Origin: Eledone cirrhosa
Taxonomy: Eukaryota
Assembly (NCBI GenBank): GCA_964016885.1
Contig: OZ024745.1
Coordinates: 105,586,001 to 105,650,000, forward strand
DNA: 64,000 bases
Direction of reading: 5' to 3'
Below, in pieces: positions 56,114-64,000 of the stretch; positions within the stretch are counted from its first letter, which is position 1, and each line of letters opens with the position of its first letter. The notes beneath the pieces are model-generated. The model did no database searches and was not told where the DNA came from. It was given only the letters and a program-made list of their open reading frames with translations. The position numbers were made by a program, and so were the translations under genes.

Positions 56114-57229
56114 ATAGAGGCATTCATTAGTAATGATCGTATCTATTTTCCTTTCCTCCTTGCACTTTCCGAACCATGTCTGATGGCTGCCTTGACAAGC
56201 TCTATATATTTCCCATTGCCTGCCTTCTGATTGTTTCTACAAAACACAATATCCTTAGTTATAATCAGTTCTCAGAGACAGAGAGAGAGAGAATGAGGGA
56301 GAAATAGAGAGAGAATGAAATACAAAGAGTGAGAGAGAGAGTGGGGTGATGCGGACGAGAATTAACTATAGACCTCAGTACTTCACTGGTGCATTATTTA
56401 TCGCCGCCAAAATGATGAAGTTAAGAATTTAAATTGGAAGAGCTTGATCTCAAAGCAAAGATAGATAGAACAGATAGCGTTCTAACCGAAGCTCTAACAA
56501 CTTCAATATTTTGTCAGTTTCGTACGTATTATGGGGTTTATTTGTTAGCTGTATCAAATATCTTCCCTAAATTTTCATTTTAACAATGTCTTCGTTCAAA
56601 TTTTTAACAAATTTCTGAACGGTCTGTGTTGATCGCCGTTGAAAAGTGTCTTCGTAATGTTAACTTTGTAACTGTTTTTTTTTTTGTTGCTTCTGCTTGT
56701 TGCAGACGACCATGGTTGCTTGTGTATGTGTGCGTGTGTTGACGGACGCGAGAATAAGTGCTTAGTTGCGAAGTAGAATTTAATTATGTTTTATTTTGGC
56801 TATTTTGGTTTTATTTTGATGTGTTCTGTTACTCTGGAGTTTCAGCAGTGTACTCACATGATTATCAGATGAGTTTTGACTGATGATCCGGTTTGATATA
56901 ATGAACTAAAATCCACTTAAAGCCGTGCTCGAGGATTGGACCAATCTAATGAACGAAACCAGTTAATCAGTTAATGATTATACTCTTTAAACGTGGACAC
57001 ATGTTTCAAGAGAGCGTTTATTTCTTTTTTACTCTGATGAAGCTCAGCGAATACATGTTTTGCTGCGATATTGCTGCCATATTGTTCGTTAAGAAATCTA
57101 TTTTTACAATTCTCTATTTTTAAAACTGGGTGTTCCTGGGAGCTACTGCTATAACTAAATCAGAACCTAGCATACATACACATATATTTACACATATGCA
57201 CACATATATACTCACACAGATACACATAT

Positions 57230-57280
<51 letters not shown>

Positions 57281-57350
57281 TATATATATGTATATATATG
57301 TATATATATATATATTTATATATATGTATATATGTATATATGTATATATA

Positions 57351-57505
57351 TCATCATCATCATTTTACGTCCGCTTTTCCCTGCTTGCAAGGGTTGGACG
57401 GGTCCTATTCAACACAGCATCTCTCCACTTCTCACGGTCCTTCGTCATCTCCTCGGTGAGTTTCAGCGATCTGAGGTCTGCTCTCACCACCTTCGCCCAT
57501 GTTTT
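57351..57505 (-). mobile_element. RTE LINE 3' end
   Basis: Minus strand [46 protein letters not shown], then (ATG)n tail. Confidence 0.8.
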
Positions 57506-57554
57506 ATATGTATATATATGTATATCTATGTATGTATATATGTATATATATGTA

Positions 57555-57605
<51 letters not shown>

Positions 57606-58499
57606 GTATATATATGTATATATGAGTATATATATATTCAATGATATGTTGGAAATATATCAAAGTACATACATTAAAGTTCTTGTTTCTAAAGGAAATG
57701 TTGATTGCGAGATGTAAATATACAAACTATAGAATACTCTGAAATCGTCAAATTTATGTTGAGTCAGCCACGTTTCTGTGATTATAGTTCATTCAGGTTT
57801 TATTTCTTACCATAGCTTTAATCTATCGTCAATACCAAAGTTAGACTCGTTCGAATTTAGACTTTAATGGTAACAAAGAAAATTCTACTAACAACAAAAC
57901 ATCATTGACTTATCTTTCATAAATCTTCCATAACTTTGCCATGAATGAAGAACATAGAGTCAAAACTTTGGATTGAATCATCAATAAATACCCAAATCAC
58001 TCTTTCTTTTTATTGCCCGACTTACTGACATTAGTTGGTTTGACTTCCATAGCTAACAGTAAGACATTCATATTTTGTCAATGTCTGAAGTTTTATCTTT
58101 ATACTACAACCACCATTGCTCCCATATGTAACTTCTAGTCATCAACAATTCCCTTTATCTCATGTATTTACCAGAGATAAGGAACAACCTGTATATAACC
58201 TAATTCCCTGCATATATACTTTACCAAGTCTAAAAGTACATATTCATAAAGTATCTCAAAGGAAAAAGACCAATAATCATTAAAAGAGAAAAAGTTTAAG
58301 AAAAAATTCGCATCATTCATATAGTTTAGTCAATATCTCTGACCACCAGTTCAGTGTTGCTTTTGTAAATAAGTTGAAAAATTGCCCAAGGAAACAATCT
58401 TGTATTCACCGTTTGATTGCATTGGCATCTGTAAATACCTCCATTAATGCATTATGTGTACTCTGTACAGCCAGGTGGTTTCTTCAGAAACACACACAA

Positions 58500-58507
58500 A
58501 CACAAGT

Positions 58508-58539
<32 letters not shown>

Positions 58540-58608
58540 GTGTGTGTGTGTGTATGTGTATGTATATATATAATTATTGATATATGTGTGTGTGTGTATA
58601 TTTATATA

Positions 58609-58653
<45 letters not shown>

Positions 58654-58682
58654 TATAATTATTGATATACGTATAACGTATA

Positions 58683-58756
<74 letters not shown>

Positions 58757-58812
58757 TATATGTGTGTGTGTGTATATTTATATATATATGTGTGTGTGTG
58801 TATATTTATATA

Positions 58813-58861
<49 letters not shown>

Positions 58862-58901
58862 TATAATATATATATAATTATTGATATACGTATAACGTAT
58901 A

Positions 58902-58934
<33 letters not shown>

Positions 58935-58942
58935 TGATATAC

Positions 58943-58973
<31 letters not shown>

Positions 58974-59044
58974 TGATATACTGTGTGTATATATATACAT
59001 GAATATATATATATATTGATATACTGTGTGTGTATATATATACA

Positions 59045-59081
<37 letters not shown>

Positions 59082-59155
59082 ATATTGATATACTGTGTGT
59101 GTATATATATACATGAATATATATATATATATTGATATACTGTGTGTGTATATAT

Positions 59156-59211
<56 letters not shown>

Positions 59212-59255
59212 ATATACTGTGTGTGTATATATATATATACATGAATATATACATA
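58500..59255. repeat. Compound TA/TG micro- and minisatellite (ATTGATATACTGTGTGTG..CATGAAT units)
   Basis: Direct reading. Confidence 0.9.
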
Positions 59256-60454
59256 AAAATGCATACAGAATGATGGATGAATTGTGTTCTAGCTATTACC
59301 AATTCATCTTTTCTTTTTCACACAGGGTATCTTGGAATATGAATACACTCTCCAATGTGGCTACTTTTAAAGAATGTAATGTGTGATATGCGGTTATTTG
59401 GCTGCATGTTCTAATAGGTCAAATACTCACATAAAGCATCACTCTTTAACTCGTTTATTTATACACCGCTGTTTTTGTTATGGTATTTAGTACAAGGTCA
59501 ATTCTGATCAAGCAGACATATAATTAAGGCTATTCTGTCTGTGTTAACCCTGTTTTCTTAAACTTAAAAGATATGTAGGACTAAAATGTCTTATATTTTA
59601 TTTCCTTATTTAAGACTATCTGTAGGAAGTTATTTGACGGATATTTGGTTTGTAGAACATTCAGTGAGGGTTTATAAGCTCCTTACTTTACTCATTTATT
59701 CATATGTAATTTACAATGCTGTAAATACTGTAAACGATACAATGCTGCGTATTCTATGATCCATATACAATATTGGTATAAACGATTGAAACTATCATTA
59801 TAACTAATCAAGAAATTATTGGCTGCTGTTTTAGATGCACTGAGGTGAAACTGTATATAATCGACTTCACACCATCTGAAGGAAATAGCAATTTCAACTC
59901 ATATTGAATACTTATTGATTTATATTGAATACAAATAATTACAAATTCATAGATATTTCTTTAATTCTTTTGTAGAGTCGCCGCTAGCGTGGCTATCGAT
60001 ATTTCGGCCAAATTATCCACAGTTCGTATCGCAGTGTTATCGCCAAAGTCTTAGATCTTGTTTGCGATGACGCTATTATTTCAACGCCGGAAGCAGTCAG
60101 TGTTAGTGGGATATGGAGGAATTAATGCTGTATTTATATACTCCTCGATTAATCAAAAGCTTGTAGACAGATAGGTTCAACCTTGCTGATATATTACTGA
60201 TACACGGGCATAAAGGCTGAAATTTGCAGTATTCTGTAACTAGCTAAAGAACTACAGATTCTTCTGACCTATTAGAAATAGCAAACAAATTTCCTCAAAT
60301 CTCACCATAACATTTTAAAGAAGAAAAAAAGGTTACATTAATTTAGTCTTAAATATAACAATAAAACAGAATGATCAAGTATGAAAATATTTTGCTCATA
60401 ACTCCCTTGAATCGAAGCAGACTTATGGCTGAATAAAAACAAGAACAACAAATA

Positions 60455-60785
60455 ATATTGGTTTCTACTATATGCACAAGGCCAGCAATGTTGAGGGGGG
60501 GGGGGGGGGGGGGAAAGCATGGCGTCCGACGCTCTGCCGATACTGCCAATCCACCGCAAATGATAATAATGGTTTCTTATATAGGAAGAAAAGAAGGCCA
60601 GCAATTTGGGGGAGGGGAAAGTCGATTAAATCGACTCCAGTGCGTGACTGGTGCTTTATTTTATCGACCGCGTAAAGACGAAAGACAATGTTAACCTCGT
60701 CGGGATTTGAACTCAGATCATAAAGGGGCGTAACTCTATGCTGCAAAGCATGGTGTCTGATGATCTATCGATGCTGCCAATCCAA
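60455..60785 (-). mobile_element. Two SINE copies (first internally deleted at a G run)
   Basis: Family motifs. Confidence 0.8.
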
Positions 60786-62739
60786 TAATCGAGGTAGAAG
60801 GCCTGAACTTTGTAAAATTTGAATTCCTAATGTAAAGAGCCAGAATAGAAACCGCAATGGCATTTTAATTAACGGTCTATGAATTCTACTATTAATTTCT
60901 ACCCCATTAAGATAATGGTTATTAGTTTAGGTAAACAGCTGAAGTGGAAGGACATTTGATATTCTTTTGCTTTTCTGATTATATGTCTGTCTGTAAAAGT
61001 AGTATCAATCGAGTTTCTACTAGGTCTAAAACCAAATTAAAATTCTCTCATTATCACACCGATTTCAATTTTCATCCTACCGAGGAATATTCTACTGACT
61101 ACATTTCACAGTATCGACAAAAGAGAATATGCCGTGAAGTTCTCAGATTCTTGTGTGACACCATTTTTATATATTCTTGTTACTAGCATATTCAGGCTGT
61201 AGACAAGGCCGCGTTATCGAGAAGTTCACATAGTAATCATGACATACCGGGTTCGATTCCACTGCGTGACAACTTCCTTAGAGTTCTTTTCTACTAGTCT
61301 TAGGTCTATCCAAACATTTTGAGTGAAAGTGGGTAGACAGAACCTGTGAAGACGTCTGTCAGATATATTTGACCTATAATTTAAAGGGTCAGTCAACGGA
61401 GTAATTCACCAGCTGGAAGTGCAGTTAATTGAACAACTGAATGTTCAGGTAATCCAAGCCAGCATACTGGCCCCTTATTTTGATGCTTTTCTCATATTAC
61501 GTAGAATATTTCATAGTACGTACTAACCTTGTGCGTTTCTCCTCTTTTTAGTGATAGCGCACAGGTGTTATGTAAGTCAGGTGCGTTATAGTTAGCATTC
61601 CAGTACTGATTGTATTCATATCAGAGGGACGGTTCATCCTTATTCTTTGAGAGGAGATGCGTTCCGCTAATAATAAAATAACCAAAAGACAGACACCGTA
61701 TATCACTGCGGCACCTTTAGAACTCCGCCAGGAGTTACGGGTTTACACGTAAATACATGCATATTAATGGATCATCTGGCAAATTTAAAACTAGTTCTGA
61801 GTTGGATGAGAATTTAATAGGATGTTCGAAATAGTCTTTCCAGCATTAAATACCACAGCAGTGTTTTTATGTATGTTGCTGTTATCTTTGATTGCACTGT
61901 ATATTTTCTGTTTTTTATCGCCATTTCACAAACTGACCAGAAATTATTGTAACTTTTATTGTATTTTATGTCAGAGTCTAGTAATTTTATTTTGTAGGTT
62001 ATTCTTTTTTTTTGTGAGTTATTTTGGCTGTTTTGTTAGGTTTTTATATCATTCGGCTTTGATAATATCGTCTGGGTTGTTCAAAACCGTTGTTCTAGCA
62101 CTTTGCCTTTGTTCACTGACTGTCTCTATTTGTGCTGACAGGCTTGTCACTTGTTTTCGAGCTTTGAAACAGACGGATTATTCTGTTTTGATTGTCGATC
62201 TTTTGAAATATGCATACATTTCATATGTTATCCATTTTGATCTGGAACAAAGCTTCAAAAGCGCGCCCTGTCGGTATTTCAACTTTCGAGTAAAGTCATT
62301 GCCAATAGTTTTATTAGCATCATGTTTATTTCTCGCTTTTGAATTTTGTTTTATTGCTTTGGTGTGATGACATTTTTCAAAATCTGAGGAGCAGGATCTA
62401 CTTCTTCATAGTAATGGCATAGTGTATTCCATTGTCGAATGATACCCATACTACATGTAATTTCATTGGGTAGTCGACCAGGGGATTTGTTATCAAGGGA
62501 CTAATATTGTATGGAGATTCAATAAATCTAGATCTTGCTCGTTTGATTTTCCAAGATCATATTTTCTCGTAATATTTCTCCAGTTCTTGCATTCTTTTTA
62601 TATTTAGCTCTGAAATTGCTTGAGCGACATACATACAAGATAGCCCGTAGATGTTCATGGTGCACCTAAGTTAGGTGTAAGGGTTGTACGGATGTAATCC
62701 GGCTACCTATGAGGTTAGACATTTTATTGAGCATATGCC

Positions 62740-64000
62740 TCCTTTGCTACCTCGAGTCATGATGCAGCCAGACAGGCAAAAAACGTTAGGAGAGATAACA
62801 TTTTAGAGACGTGTCTAAAACAGTTTCCCTTTATACTCCTTCTTATTGGACATCCAGCATACCTATTGCTGCTGGCAACAAGATCCCTCCTGCCACAAGT
62901 GTGCAACAAGTTGAACCATTCGGCCTGCTTCTCTTTGTGTTGGCTGTTGACGAAGCTGCCCACTCACTCCACCTACCCTTCAATGGCTCGGTCTGTCGCT
63001 GATGACATTCAGCAAGTCATCCTAGTCATATCGCTTTTTGGACATGAGATCAACTGCTTCCAGTCTGAGGTGATAAATGTGAGCTACGGTGAGACTGAAT
63101 TTATAGACTCAGCACCCAACACGTCCAACCAGTTGCACGACTAACCACAAAAGACAACACATGCATCCTCGGTTCTCTAAAGCTCGGAAGCCATAAAAGA
63201 GGGCAGGAAGAGCAAGTATGCTGACCTGACAAGGATGACAGAGAGATTGTGATTCACTGACGCAGTGCTCTTTTTTCTGAGGAATTATTTTTACTCTCCC
63301 CAGCCTCCTCTTCACGCTGCATTTTGTCACCGTCACGCTAATCGTCTCGTCGAACTCAACGCCACTATTCGACGCTGCCGTGTTAGTTTCTATAGCGACA
63401 ACCAGCAACAGGTAAAACTCTCCGTGAAATTCAGCAGCCTTGGCATCCGAGCTACTTCTGACCTAGCAACTCTGGCCTACCTATCCAATATCCTCTACAT
63501 ACATCAGCGAAGTGCTCCGCAAGACAGTTGAACCTGACGTGAACTGGAAACTGGATTCAGCTCTATCCGATTGCTTCAACGAAGCCCTTGACATTCTACA
63601 TATGCAAATCAAACGCAACTGCTATGACATCTCTTGCAGGTCAATTCTCAATTGGATCGAGTCTTCCTTAGGCCAACACTGTATAGCTCGCCTCTGTTCT
63701 GCCTCAAAGTCAAAGAGCATTACATGACTCAATCCGTTGTCCTCCTCATCAAGTGGTACCCCTCTTAATTATCAATGGACTCGCATCGGATTCATCCAGC
63801 GCCAGGGTTTCCGCGTGTGAGCTGCACAAATGCCGTTTTGGAGCTGCTATTCATGAGTTTGTTCTGTAACCGCTATCCTGCCATCATGGCACATGTCGGT
63901 TTTTACAACACGCTGCCCTCAATAACATAATCAGAATAATCAGAAGGAGCCCTGACGAGACAGGCTTCCCATCACAACTGGAACTATCTAGCCTCGGTCG
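62740..64000 (+). mobile_element. Decayed CRE-like non-LTR retrotransposon (RT and downstream region), runs off the window
   Basis: TSVQQVEPFGLLLFVLAVDEAAHSLHLPFN (cf. GVQQGDPLGPLLF..SL.S.FN), GHEINCFQSEVI (cf. GL.LN.SKCE), LFFLRN, QQVKLSVKFSSLGIRATSDLATLAYLS (cf. QASLPVR.GGLGIR..LA.PAYLAS). Confidence 0.7.

Noticed and set aside
56876-57075. Two CTGATGA motifs (56880 with GAAA at 56955; 57034) as hammerheads
   Set aside because: The first lacks a consistent NUH/stem I register; the second lacks GAAA. Possibly decayed PLE ends but not supportable
61822-62367. 181-aa hydrophobic ORF
   Set aside because: T-rich antisense shadow of an A-rich decayed sequence; no recognisable domain or splice context

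Overview
Eukaryotic, AT-rich, repeat-dominated DNA with no confidently identifiable host gene. The tRNA-derived SINE family, RTE LINE tails and huge (TA)n/(CA)n tracts resemble octopod cephalopod DNA (inference, not verified). Almost all ORFs in the supplied track are microsatellite translations. The main structure is a Penelope-like retroelement (PLE) at about 10306-17721, inserted in a (TA)n tract. It has a 5'-truncated RT (YRDD) + CxCx5Cx5C linker + GIY-YIG ORF (Hydra-clade-like), a ~3.5-kb 3' region, and ~2.28-kb nearly identical inverted arms. Each arm carries a type I hammerhead ribozyme (HHR) whose stem II is expanded to ~116 nt. The same fold-back design (TA tract / inverted copy / HHR-bearing PLE end / short tail / TA tract) recurs in miniature at about 1.3 kb, 32.7 kb and 53.7 kb, and in a variant form at 54.2 kb. 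In two cases one arm breaks off inside the palindromic stem III of the ribozyme. Also present: a Neptune-like PLE 3' fragment with GIY-YIG and a minimal HHR, dense SINE clusters, RTE, CR1-like, CRE-like and R4/NeSL-like LINE remnants, Tc1/mariner and hAT MITEs, a non-autonomous Helitron, two satellites (157-bp with a higher-order repeat; 66-bp built of 3x22 bp) and a 200-N assembly gap.
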